The notes beneath the pieces were generated by a model. It was not told the DNA's origin. It made no database searches and saw only the letters and a program-made list of their open reading frames with translations. A stretch of DNA of 64,000 nt from Klebsormidium nitens (lineage: Eukaryota; Plantae; Klebsormidiophyceae). The translations under genes were made by a program, and so were the position numbers. Of this stretch, positions 1 through 12,235 are shown piece by piece. The stretch's first letter is position 1, and each line of letters starts with the position of its first letter. The DNA lies in contig DF237018.1 of the NCBI GenBank assembly GCA_000708835.1, positions 1 to 64,000 on the forward strand, written 5' to 3'.

Positions 1-286
1 TAAAGCCCCAAAACACTACAACTTATGACGTCATCACACAAAAAAATGAAAACCCGAAAACCCTAATCTGACATTTTCGGACTTTTTGCAGATTCTGAAA
101 GCGCAGAGAGCGTACCCAAATGCACTACATCAACTTGTTGCCTAAGTACCTCAAAACCCTCTCTTTTCCACCCGAAAACGCAAAAGATGACATCAGATCC
201 GAAAAATGCGGAATTTTAAATTTTCAAAGTTTGAATCTAAATTTTCGCGCAAATTGCAAAATCTGAATTAAAGCGCACACGTACTG

Positions 287-326
287 AAACCCTAAAACCG
301 TACACCGACAAGAGGTTTTAGGGTTT
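287..326. repeat. Perfect 13-bp inverted repeat built from telo-box sequence
   Basis: AAACCCTAAAACC (287-299) and GGTTTTAGGGTTT (314-326) with a 14-nt loop, in an AT-rich block. Confidence 0.85.
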
Positions 327-1552
327 TTACTTGCGTGCATGCACACCAAGTGATCTTGAGATGTCGAGGCCGATATAATGCAATATGCATGTTTGTCACG
401 TCAATAAAATTTTGATTTTTGCTTCAACACCGCATGACGAACATACCGGCCGGAAACGCGTACGTCTGGTCTGCTAGGGCCGGCCAGGCGCTTAATCTGA
501 GTCAATATCGTGCATGCACGGAAATATATATAGGCGGCCGGCCTTAGTAATTTACCGTGACATGTCGATCCAAAATAGAACCCGAGCCTTTGATTATACG
601 TCACAAAATGGTTCTTGGCGCTGACTCAGTGAGTCAGAAAATTGGATATGCGGCTATCATTGAATTAACACTACTATAAGCATAGGCCTACTAATCCTGC
701 ATGGACCCGGAGATCGCAGAATCGCGGTGAAATTTGGAAGACGGCGATCGCGGACGTACAAAAGATGCAAAAAGTCGGAAAAAGTCGCGAAACGTCGTGC
801 ATGGAGCATTGCAAGCATCTAATTGAACCGTAAGCTTGCTTCCAAACATGTTTTCCAAAGGTTTATAAGTCGGATCGCGGCACCTGAAGGTCGCGAAGTT
901 CTTGATCGACAGTTTGGAACTAATTGGAAGCATAAACCAGCGCCAAATCATACGGCATACATTCAAAAGGTTTCACAAAGAAGTCTGGATTAGATTTAAG
1001 GCTATTCCGCCAAACTTCACTCGCAAATGAAAGTTCGTGGTATGGACCGCTTTCAACTGTCTAAGACCATATAAGAGCTTTCCGGAACATCACAGCTTAG
1101 TGCCCAGCCCACTAGATAACTCTTTGATTCTTAAACTGTCAGAACTTCCTTGTTTGCACAGCATATGAGGCCAAAAGATCATTTAACGCTAGCATATCAT
1201 ACAGAATTGGAGGCGACTCGGCTTGGAGGTCATTCGAAAGGTGGCCAACATTTCTCGTTTGAGTCGTAAGGAGGCACACTGATCCAAGTAGCTACTGGTA
1301 AGAACTGCATGCTGATGACAACGATCAAGAACCACATTCTCAAGCTTAGGGGCCCGCCACTGCTTGGCTTGGCCCTCCTCCCTCATTGTCACTGGTAGGG
1401 GTGTTCTTGGCGGGCACAAGGGTCAACTCGACGACAATAGGTATGGGGCTGCCACTTCCTTCCACCACCTGCAAGGACGGCTTGCACATCATCACTACGA
1501 CCTGGAAGATAGTGCAACGGACGTCATTCATTTCCTGATTTCGAAGCGTTAG

Positions 1553-4500
1553 TCAAGGTGCCCTGTAGTGTCTCAGGCGCCGCGAGAGTTGCCTCACCCT
1601 GCCAATCTCGGCGGCCTCGGTGTATCCCGCACGGTGCAAGGCTTGCAGGCACTCTGAGGCGGCTGCTGCGGGGACGCCTGCGAGAAGGCCCCCTGCGGTC
1701 TGGGGGTCCGTGAGCAGCGGGAAGAGCGGGTGCTGAGCTGCTTCCTCGCGGTTGCTGACTGCGCCCGCTGCGTACTGGTTGCTGGCGTGCAGGCTGCTGA
1801 CGTACCCCGCGGCAACCGCCGCGGCCGCGCCCGGCAGCACCGGGACGGCGGGCAGGGACACGGCCACGTCCACGCCGGAGGCGCGCACCATCTCCTCCAG
1901 GTGGCCTGCGCACGCCACAGGGCGCATCTATGGTGAAGACCGACACGAGGATGTCGGAGAAGAAGAGTCGGACAAAGTGCCACTCGAATGTTTAGCAATG
2001 GGCTGCGCCCTCAGCCCGCGCGGTTGTGAGCAGGCAGCGTGAGGGCCTACCCAGGAGGCCGAAGCCGGTGACGTCGGTGACGGCCGTCGCCCCCGCGCTG
2101 CGCAGCGCGGCCGCCGCCTCCCTGCTGGACTGCAGCATGGAGGCTACGGCGGTGTCCACGTCGCGCCCCGCGCACTGGCCGCGCATGTCCGCCGCAAACA
2201 GCGCGCCCGTGCCAACGGCCTTGGTCAGCAGCAGGCGGTCCCCGGGCTGCAGGCCGCCCTTACGCAGCACGGCCGCCTCCGCCACCGCGCCGTGCACCTG
2301 CACCCACGCACCGAGGCGTTAGACAGTGCAGGGGGTGGAAGCACGGCCGGGCAAGGAGGTGACAGCGATGTCGTTGCGAGCAATGCTGACGGCTCGTTGC
2401 CTTCCTTGGCAGCTACCGCTGGGCGCAACGACGGTCGCGCAGGGCCTCTCACCGCAAAGCCGAGAGCCAGGTCGGCGCCCTCGCTGGTGTGGCCGCCCAC
2501 GAGCGCGCACTCCGCAGTGCGCAACACGCTGGCCGCGCCCGCCATGAGCTGGAACAGGTCCGCCTCCACCTGCACGCGCAGCCAGGCACGCGCCGCACCG
2601 CGTCACTACTCGTGCCACAACGCACCAGGCCGGGGGCAGCACGGCCCCACGCAGCACGGCCCTGAAACCACGCCCGGACCTGGCCCGCACATGTGTGAGC
2701 GCCTGCGAGCGTGCGGCAGCTAACCTTGGAGTCGAGGCCGTAGGGGAGGGTGGCGATGGCGAGGGCGGAGAGCGGCTGCGCGCCCATGGCGTAACAATCG
2801 CCCAGCGCGTGGTTGGCGGCGATGGCGCCAAAGGTGTACTCGTCGTCGACCAGGGCCCGCAGCACGTCCACCGTGTGCACGCCCACGGTGCCGGGCGGCA
2901 GCCGCACCACCGCCGCGTCGTCGCCCAGGCCCACCACCACCTGCACGGCCGCCACCACGAATCAAAACTGCGGCACCGCTATCCCAGCACCAGGAAGGGC
3001 GAAGCGATGAGGGAGGATAGCTGCGCACAGCACTTGCAAGCAGCAACACGATTCGGGAAGCAACATGCCAGCGGACTCGCCAACCTGTGAGCCCGTTGAC
3101 GACGAAGCCGGCCCTGCATTGGGGCCTTAGGAGCGCGCGGCAGCGCTTGCCCTGTCAGTTCCGTTCGTGGTGCAGTGTCGGCGCTCACCTCGGGCCGCGT
3201 GGGCGCGTCCAGGCGGGCAAGCACGCGCTGCAGCACGGGCGCGCCCACCTTGGCTCCGCATCCCCCGCACCGCATGCGCGCCGCACCCACGGCCGCCACC
3301 GCAGCAGGCCCCGCAGCAGAGGCCACCTCAGAGGGGGACGGGGCGGGCAGCGCCATTGGGGGGAGGTGCGAGTAGAGGGCCATCCAACGGCGGTCGATCC
3401 AGTCCTGCAGGCAGGCGCGCGTGCAGATATACATACATTTAAAGAGGAGGGGCAAGCCACAAGCAAAGTGCTTTAAAGGGGATGACAGAAAAGACGATCG
3501 AGCAAACGCCTAGGATGTACGAACGTTCCCTCGTGGATTTTCCCTGGCCTGGGCGTGCGGCTGACCTTGATGGGCCAGAGCCAGGCGCCCTCGAGCGCGA
3601 AGCCGCCTTTGGAGGCGACGGCGTACTTGTTGCCCGTGCTGATGATGGCCAGCGCCGTGCTCTGGGGCACAAACGGGCGGAGCGGCTGGCCCAGCAGGCT
3701 CCGCCGCAGGTTGGCCGCCAACGGAGGGCCCTGGCCACACGCACGGGCAGGAAAAGGGACGTCAGGACCTGAAGTTACGGAGGAACCATCGCCCTCGAAG
3801 AGGCAAGCAGACTACGGCAGCACATGCTGGTAGCCACTGCAACGTCCCGTCCAGGGTGCGGCAAGGTGAGAGGGCCTCAGAGGCCCACTTCTGAATCTAG
3901 AAGGCGTTACAATTGGAGCTGGGCTGGCTTTGATTGAGCTCGTCCCATCGCGTCTTACTTTCGGGGTCCGAACATCGACTAATGAATCAGCCCATTGTCA
4001 TGGAAAAAAGAAGCCTGGGGCAGCATCCGTATTCTGACGAAGATTTGATCGTTGAGCTCGCTTTGAAGTCAACATCCCCTATGTGCCCTGGCAACAACCG
4101 GCCCGATGACACAACCACCGCGTCCCTTGCTCACAATTCCGCTTCAAGTGGATGTGTGCATTCGTTCTGTGCGTTATGCGCTGACCTGGCGCACGGCGTA
4201 GACGCCCGCTTTGGGGCGCGGGTACTGCTTGCTGCTGTGGATGTCCCCCGCGGCAAAGACGGCGGGGTCGTTGGTGGAGCGCAACGTGGCGTCCACGTCG
4301 ATGAAGCCGGCCGCGTCCAGCGCGAGCCCCGTCTTGTGCAGCCAGGGCTGCGCGCCGCCCTGCGTGCACCAGATGCACTCGGAGAAGGGCAGCACGGCCC
4401 CCCCTACCAGCTCCAGCTCGCCCGCGCGCACCGCAGCCACGCCACCATCCACCACCGCCACACCTGCGAACCAAGGGGGTTCCCAAATTCCAGATAAGTA

Positions 4501-5962
4501 AACCCAGATGTGGAAGCCTAAAGAGGCTTTAAGAACACCTTCCTATGCATCAAACAAATGTTTCACTAAGTTTGTGCATTAGGCACTCGGTTGCCTGCCT
4601 TGTTTGTGTGTCAGACTAAGGCGATGCGAGCCGGGCGGAAGGAGCACCTGCAATCCCAGTCTGACAGGTCTCTCTGAAGGTCGAGGGGGAGATGTTCTCT
4701 GGGTTGCGCGTACCGTTGGCCCCGCGTCGCCCGGGGGTGCGCCCTCACCTCGCTCTTTGAGGATCCTGGCAAAGATGCGCCCCACTCTGGGGGGGTGCTG
4801 CGCGAGGAGGCGGCCGCGCGTGTGCAGGCGGAAGGTGACCCGCCCCGGGTCCTTGCCCGCTTGGCGCAGCCGCTGCTGCAGCGCGTGCTGCATGGCCAGG
4901 CACAGCTCCACGCCGCCCGCCCCGCCGCCCACCACCGCCACGCACAGCGCCTCCGCCGACGCCACCACACGCTCCGCCAGATCCGCCCAGCGCGCTGTGA
5001 AGGAGTCAATGGGCTTCACCGCCGTGGTGTGCTCGCTGCTGCCGGGCACGTCCTGGCACACCAAGACTCACACGTCAACAAAGAGCCGCTTTCACCTGGC
5101 GGCCACGTTGGCAAGTAGAGCAGGCCTGACCTAGCATCAGGGCTCCAGATTCGGAACATGCCATCTTGATTGGATAAGGGCTGACCTGCAGCGGCGTGAT
5201 GCCAATGTCAATGGAGAGAACGTCATAGGGGATGGGGGGCCGCCCCTGAAGGTGCACGAGGCGGGAGTCGCGGTCCAGGCTGGTGGCAGTACAATGGAGC
5301 AGGCGCGCTGCAGCGAGGCGGGCCAGGGGGCGCAGGTCCACGTGGCAGTCATCGTACTCATAGTGACCTGGCACGGGGAGGAGGGGCACAGGCTGGGGCG
5401 AGGGGGGGCCAACAGCGGAGGGAGGTGGGATGAGCTGTATGGGCGACCATCAAAGGAGCCAGTCGCCTGTGAGAGGATCTCTAACAGCACGGACTGAAAG
5501 CTTGGAGAGACAGGGGCCCACGCATGAGCCTCCCTTCTTAGGGATGAGCATAGGGCAACCCTGGAAGACTTGACCGAGATGCCCGCTGGTGGCCCAGGAC
5601 GGACCTGCGACGTAGCCGGGGAGCATGCCGCTGTAGGGGGTGTGCACGTCGCGGGTGATGAGCGTGAGGCGCACGCCGGGCAGGGGCTGCATGGCGAAGC
5701 TCTTCAGGACGTGCACGTGGCTGTGACCGCCCCCCAGCAGCACCAGGTCCTGCGCCACATCATAAGTGAGCTCAGCGCGACACTTGTCCAGCTCAGCGCT
5801 GCGCCAGGACCAGCGCCAGAGGCAAAGCCACCCTCACAGCGTGTGGCAGCTGAACGGGGGCCCGGCACAGCAGGCTGCGCGGCCTTGTCAATGGGCGAGT
5901 GGAGAGGCAGAGCGGGCACGCACCTTGACCACCACCCCCGCAGCAGTGCCTGCATCCTGCAT
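1553..5962 (-). CDS. selD: Selenide,water dikinase (selenophosphate synthetase) fused to an N-terminal pyridine nucleotide-disulfide oxidoreductase (NADH dehydrogenase-like) domain; about 11 exons
   Basis: Spliced translation: [13 protein letters not shown]|[11 protein letters not shown] (FAD GxG motif; exon 1 = 5924-5962), [29 protein letters not shown], then SelD motifs [71 protein letters not shown]. All junctions checked are GT-AG. The 3' end is uncertain: a GTGAGG donor after IGR could splice to a further short exon near 1340-1400. Confidence 0.93.
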
Positions 5963-6350
5963 CGCTCCTGGTGAGGATGGCAGAAGAGCAACCACCACTG
6001 GCTGAAGTTACAAAGGCCCAGTATAAATCACTTAAGGAGACTAGCGCAGAGGGATCAAATGTGGTAGCAGGGCCGTTGTTGGCAAGCTAAGGAGAAGAGC
6101 ATGTGCCTTCCTGCTCATGTGCGACTACTCAGGCATTTGTGCCCCTGCACGATGCGAGCTGCTTTTTTTGGCGGAATTTTAACGCAGAGGTGCACAAGAT
6201 TGCGCAGTCAGAGTAAGAGGCTCGTGCAGTGGTGGGAGCTGGTGCCAGCAGAACCGCAGAAATGGGCAGGCGGCAGATTAGCATCAAGCTAGCTAGCTAG
6301 CCGGAGAGCTGATTCCTGAAGACGAGCATGCTACATGAAAACCAAGGCTC

Positions 6351-6406
6351 AAACCCTAAAAGCCCAAAAGGCTACTGTATTTTAGTTAGAGCGGCTGAAC
6401 CCTAAA
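6351..6406 (+). promoter_or_regulatory. Telo-box plus site II-like motif in the selD/ISPE divergent promoter
   Basis: AAACCCTA 6351-6358 directly followed by AGCCCA 6361-6366; second GAACCCTAAA 6397-6406. Confidence 0.5.
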
Positions 6407-6647
6407 GACGTGCAGTCTTGAAAATGGTGAAAGTGGGCTAGCTTGGCCTCTTCGCCGCAAATGCAAGTTGACAGTGAAGAAGAGCAGCTGAGACATTGGA
6501 ATTCATTCTGAACAGCTGAGCAGCTGAAACATTGCTGTAAGGAGGAGCATATTTTACTAAATTATAGGAAGCTGACAGTGAAAGCACCGTCGTCCTTGCC
6601 AGAGCCTACATCAGGCAGTCTGCTGGCAGGGACGCATATCTCTCACC

Positions 6648-9600
6648 ATGGCAACATCGCTTGGAATTCGCCCTGTCAGACCGCTCTCAGGGGTCTTTCA
6701 AGGTTTGAAAAATGCTCAGCCTTCCCCAATAACGCAGTGTAGAGGAATCTTGTTGCAGTGTCGCAGAAAAGAACCAACGGGAAGGCTAGTGAGCAGAGAT
6801 GGAGCTCACAGCATTGCACAGAGCAGCGCACTTCAACTCCAGAAAGCGCATGTACAGGGCTTAAGGGCTGCCAGATTGGATTGCAGTCGCTGGTCTCTTG
6901 ATGCGCCCCTGAAGAGACCCTCATCATCCAAGCGGCGTGCCAAAGCTCAGAGAGGGTTGTGTACGTGCCAGGCGGAAAACGGGAGTGGGCCAGGCGCTGC
7001 AGATGACAATTCCAGTGCAAAACGGATGGAGGTAAGGCTTTGTGATTGTTTCCTGTCTGTCATCTATCGCTAGATTTTGTGAGTGGCGAGCACTTTGGAT
7101 GGCTAAGTAGGAGGTTTTTGGGTAGGAATATTTAGACATGTGTTTCGTTTCTGCAAAAAGCCAACATCAAGCACCATATAAGAGGACGCTGACCAGTGCA
7201 TTGGCTTTTAACCTCTTCGGGATTTTGTCCTGCCACTTTAGCGTTTGTGAAGAGACAAGCGCAACAGCTTGGCCCGCTCAAGAGTGCCAGTGTGATTGCG
7301 AGGTGGTACAAACTCCACCACTGAGCCAATATCTGGGCACGCCCTGTCAGACAGCCTTCTGTAATGTTATGTGTGTGCCCTTCTGTCCAGTTTGTGTTTG
7401 ACCCCAAGAAGAAGATGGACGACTTTGCCTCCCGCTTTGACCCTGACCAGCGGCGGCGCACCAACAGCATCAACCTCTTCTCCCCCTCCAAGGCAGGCCC
7501 AGTGCCCAAGCTCTCTCCCCAGCTGATTCGGTTGTGAATGGCTGCAACATTGCCCAACACTGATTCTGCCTCTGCTATGGTGCTTCCCCTGCTTCTGCAT
7601 ACACGGTCTTCAAATGTGTGACAAGGCAGGATTGGGCGGACATGCCTCAGACTTTTGAGTTAGAAATTCAAAACCTGCCTACGTGATGCCTGCCACTAGT
7701 TCTTGACCTTCTGCCTACCTCTTCTGATGGCGCCTTTCTCGCCCCCCACTCCAGATCAACCTGTTTCTGCGCGTCACTGCCAAGCGCCCTGACGGCTACC
7801 ATGACCTGGCTTCCCTTTTCCATGTGAGGACACACGGGAGCCAGTGTGCCCTCATGATACTTGATTGGCAACGCAAGGTCGAACGCTCATGATGCAGAAG
7901 GCTTTGTGCCAGCAGCAACAGCATAAGCAGTTGTTGCATATTTCTCGGCAAGCGCCTCCGAAGATTGCTTCTTGTGATAGATCTGTAGAAAGGTTGGTAC
8001 CTGGCCCCAAGCTCCAGTCTTGATGAGTGAGCACCTATCTGAGAAGCTTATGACGGAGTTTCCTGAGAATCTTTTACTTGTTTCCTGAGGCGCAACGAAT
8101 CGAGTCGCTCCAAAGTGGTCCCCTGTCCAACGACTGGCGTGCAGGTGATTGACCTGGGCGACCGCCTCAAGTTCACGCTGGGCCCCGGGCGCAAGGACGC
8201 CCTCACCTCCAACGCGCGCTGGGTGCCCCTGGGGAAGGACAACCTGGTGAGACCCGCGCTGCAGCCTGCATGCGTCCAAGGACTCAGCACAGCTCAGGAG
8301 CCTTTCAGAAACTGGCTGAGAAGACAAGGGGTAGACCGAGCCGGCAACTAGTGTCCCATTCTCCCTCGTCTTTTCTTCCATCCAGCTCTGCGGGTCAGCC
8401 GGTCGAGGTTGCTTGTTCCCCCTGATCGCGCACAAGGCGTGTCCCATTCCGGCGTCCCTCTCTGCGGAAGGACTTGCTGAAGCAGTGGACCTACTGGGTG
8501 ATTGTTGTGCTGAACCCTCGTGTTGCGTCTCTCCTCAGGTCATCAAGGCGCTGGACGTGTTTCGAGCCAAGACGGGCATCCCGCAATACTTCTGGGTGAG
8601 GGGATCACGACCGTGTTCTCAGATGACGGCGCTGTCGTTGGCCTCGCTGGCATCAGCAGGGCGTGTAGGGAACATTCAGCGCGGAGTGGCCCGGCCACTG
8701 CGGGTCAGGTCCAACATGCGAAGTCGTAGGCACACTCGTCCGTGCTTTGGTCCATTCCAAGCTAGTCGTGTTAGAACGGCCATCAGCGCTAACAGCTGTT
8801 TGCTATTCTGCCAAGAGGCCACCTCCTCGCTCCTCGTTCTCTTTTCGCAACTTTGAAAGCCTGCCGACACAACTTCGTGGCTGGATTGCTTGCGACTCGA
8901 GGCTAGAGACGCAAGAGAGCTCTTTCTGTCGGACGTTCCTTCGACCACTAGGTGTTGATTCAAACGGAGCGCAGCCCCTCACACCCTGCTTTCCCGCAGA
9001 TTCACCTGGACAAGAAGGTGCCCACCGGCGCTGGGCTGGGCGGCGGCAGCGGCAATGCTGCCACTGCGCTGTGGGCGGCCAACGAGCTGACGGGGCGGCC
9101 CGCCAGCAACGCGCAGCTGCTGGAGTGGAGCGCGGACATCGGCTCCGATGTGCCCGTCTTCTTCTCTCGCGGGGCCGCCTACTGTACTGGGCGGGGCGAG
9201 GTGCGACTCCTGTTCGGGGAGCACCGCTCTTAGTCAAGGCGCCGCACTGCCTCTCCCTGAGGGCGGCTGTTTCTCCTGCGGCCCCGGACTGGAGACCGGC
9301 CGGAACGGCTTATCAGTGTTGCAAACATGCCCCTGCTCTCTTTCCACCACGAGGTGTTCTTCCTCGAAAGGACGTGGCGAATCAAGGCCAATTGCGAACA
9401 CTTTCAAGACAGAGGGTTGAACAGGCTGGTAATGAGCGGACAATAGTCGAGTTGAAGTGGACATGAACATCTGACCCACCACGTACTTCAGACCAGTTTG
9501 CGCGTAGTTTTGATCCAATTGTCCAACCTACCACTGCAAAGGTTCTCCTGACTCGTGGCACGTTGTGACGTCCGTTGACACTTCTACCCGCCTGCAGATC

Positions 9601-11266
9601 GTGGAAGACATCCAGCCGCCGCCCGTCCCCCTGGACACGCCCATGGTCCTCATCAAGCCGCGCGCCTCGTGCAAGACGCCCGCAGTCTTCAAGGTGAGCG
9701 GCCATGGCAGCTTCGAAATGCGCCCCCGCACGCTCCCCATGACCGGTATGGCGTCGTATCATGCGGTGCCCTGGCTTGCCCTTGGTCCCTGATTGTGACC
9801 GGTCGGACAGTCCGGTGCCTGCCCGACGCAGCTACCTAGGTCTGTGTGATCGCCCCTGTCCAAGCGCTCATGTGAATGCTCCCGGTGTGCTGTGTGCAGA
9901 AGTTCAGCCTGGAGCGCGCCAGCTCGGCGGACCCCCGCGAGCTGCTGCGGTCCATCACGGAGCACGGCATCCGCCAGGAGTTCTGCGTCAACGACCTAGG
10001 TGAGCCACGGGGAGACGGCACCGCGGCACACAAATGCTTCAGCCCTTTCAGGGTCATGTCAAACTGGATCGCCGGTCCAAAGTACGTGACGGTACGCTCA
10101 GCAGAGCCGCAGATAGTACGAACCGCTCTGAGCTGCGTCGCTGACACTGTTTGTCTGCCACGTGTTTTCCCGCAGAAGAGCCGGCGTTCGAGGTGTTGCC
10201 GTCCCTGAAGCGGCTCAAGGAGCGCATTTCGTCGGGTGGGCGGGGCAAGTACTCCGCGGTGTTCATGTCGGGCAGGTGAGCCGGGCCGGCGCTCGTGCTC
10301 TCCGATCGGGGCGCTCATGTAGCGTTGGGCTCCTTTCTGGTCCCGCTTGATCCTTCCCTCGTTCCTTGCTATTTTTTGCTTAGTCAGAGAGCGCGCTCTG
10401 GGCCGTGATCGATCGATCCCTTCGCTGCTCGTCTGGCCTCGCGACGTCTCCAACCGGTTTTTGTTACAAACTCGCTCGTTTTTTTGCCGCATCTCTGTCC
10501 TGTTATCCAAACGTGTGCCCCGCATCTGTCCGGTGCTTCGTCGCTATGCTGACCCGAGCGCGTGGGTCGTGTGCTGGTGACAGTGGCAGCACGATCGTGG
10601 GCGTTGGCGACCCGGAGCCGCCGCAGTTCATCTACGACGAGGAGCGCTACCAGGACGTCTTTACGGAAGGTGCGCCCCGCGGCCGCAGCAAGCGGCCTCG
10701 TCTTTTACAAACGACCGCTTGCACTTTTGATTGAGCATTGCTGCGGGCTGTCTTTTAGGCAGATAGACCCGTCCACCGAAACCGTGACGTCACAAGATGC
10801 CCGCAGTCGCCCGTGCTTGAGCATCCTGCTTCGTACGCCGTTATGCCTTCGCTGGTTGCCTCTTCTTTGGTTCAACGCGTTCGGAGACAGGTTTTTGTAT
10901 CTTCTGTGTATAATTCTCTTTCTTTATAGCATCTCATTGAGTCGGGGATCAACCACGTTCAATACTTGTTCGTGCCTGTTGCAGCATGTTTTCCGTCGAA
11001 AAACAGTTGCTCTGACAGGGTCGGGGCTAGACGTCTGGTCCGCATGCCTTCGTGTGCAACCTGACGCGCCCCCTTCGTGTCCGTGCTGTGCAGCTGCCTA
11101 CTTCTTGACGCGCGAGGAGGACGAGTGGTACCGCCCATCACGGGCGATGGAGGCTGGCTACGGCGCAGCTGAGAGTCGGAGCGATCTGGAAGTAGACGTG
11201 CCCACGGAGGGCCCGCTAGGCACGTCCTTCTTTGAGCGGCCGGAAAGCTCGCGCATCCAGTTCTAG
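6648..11266 (+). CDS. ISPE: 4-diphosphocytidyl-2-C-methyl-D-erythritol kinase (MEP pathway, plastid-targeted), about 11 exons
   Basis: Ser/Arg/Ala-rich transit-like N-terminus. Spliced motifs LFSPSK|INLFLRVT, DGYHDLASLFH|VIDLGD, LDKKVPTGAGLGGGSGNAATALWAAN (GHMP ATP-binding), GSDVPVFF, VNDLE, FMSG|SGSTIVG, PPQFIYD match plant IspE. Confidence 0.96.
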
Positions 11267-12235
11267 GCCCGCCGCGTGGCTGCAGTCCAGATTGAGTACC
11301 AGCAAATATACGGTTGCAGGAAGCAGCTGGGGCCCACTTACCCCTTGGTGAGTGGGCCCCGACAGAACCTGGTTTTCCAAATGTGCGTAAGACTGCCTCA
11401 TTTAGCTACCGGTCACTATACTACGCACGCATGTGCATTTGTGCACTGTCGGGCCAGTATGATGAGCATCATGTACATTGCATGTACGTTTCTCGTCTCC
11501 TAGGAGAGAATGGGTACGTTTAGCTATTCGACCAGCTTCCGATCGAGGTCGGAGAAGCTCATTATCCGAGTCGAGAATGGGAAGGTCGTATACGTATCAA
11601 AGGTACCCGGATCGACGGCGAGACACTTGCGCTTAGTTGCCGGCTTGAAGCCTGCTAGTAACCTGAGTCCAAAAGCTTCTTGAATTAACTCAATTGCATT
11701 CCCAATTGTCATAGATCGCGGGCGCACCGGGAGCCCGAGTGTTGGCATGCCAGCACGCGGCGCAGCTAGGGTCAAAAGGTCTCGTAGCCTCAGGCTCTTA
11801 GTAGGTTCCTGGGGCGCCCGCGGCATATAATCTTAGAATCGGCATGGAGTCATTGAACCTGCGGTAACCGCATTGATACAAAGAGTATATATGACGGCTT
11901 CCGTTCAAAATGTACATATTACGAACACTCATTATAGTATATATACATGAAGTGTGCAAGGCTAGCTAGCGATCATTCAAAGCTAGAACATCATGAACTT
12001 ACCCAGCTAATATATGATGTATACATGCTGTGCATGTCAATCCATGCGATCCGATCCAATTGGTCGAAGATTGAGCTGACGAGTATATGTTGACGGTAGA
12101 CGGTAGTAGCAAGTATAGGTCGTCAAGCTGGCACAATACGGCCATTGCAGTGCCATATAGGGTGCGCCGCGCCTACTGAGCTCCTAGCTCCTAGACGTTC
12201 CTGGGCAAAGCAGCAAACAAAGTTTATCGGCAGGC

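Noticed and set aside
3250-3275. Selenocysteine (UGA) recoding in SelD
   Set aside because: The catalytic position is TGC (Cys), and no in-frame TGA is needed in the spliced frame.
1524-5974. Many long overlapping or antisense ORFs over selD (and similarly over CTNNBL1, DUF2252 and PP4R4-like)
   Set aside because: Shadow frames of GC3-rich exons: Arg/Ala/Pro-rich, no motifs, fully explained by the spliced gene.
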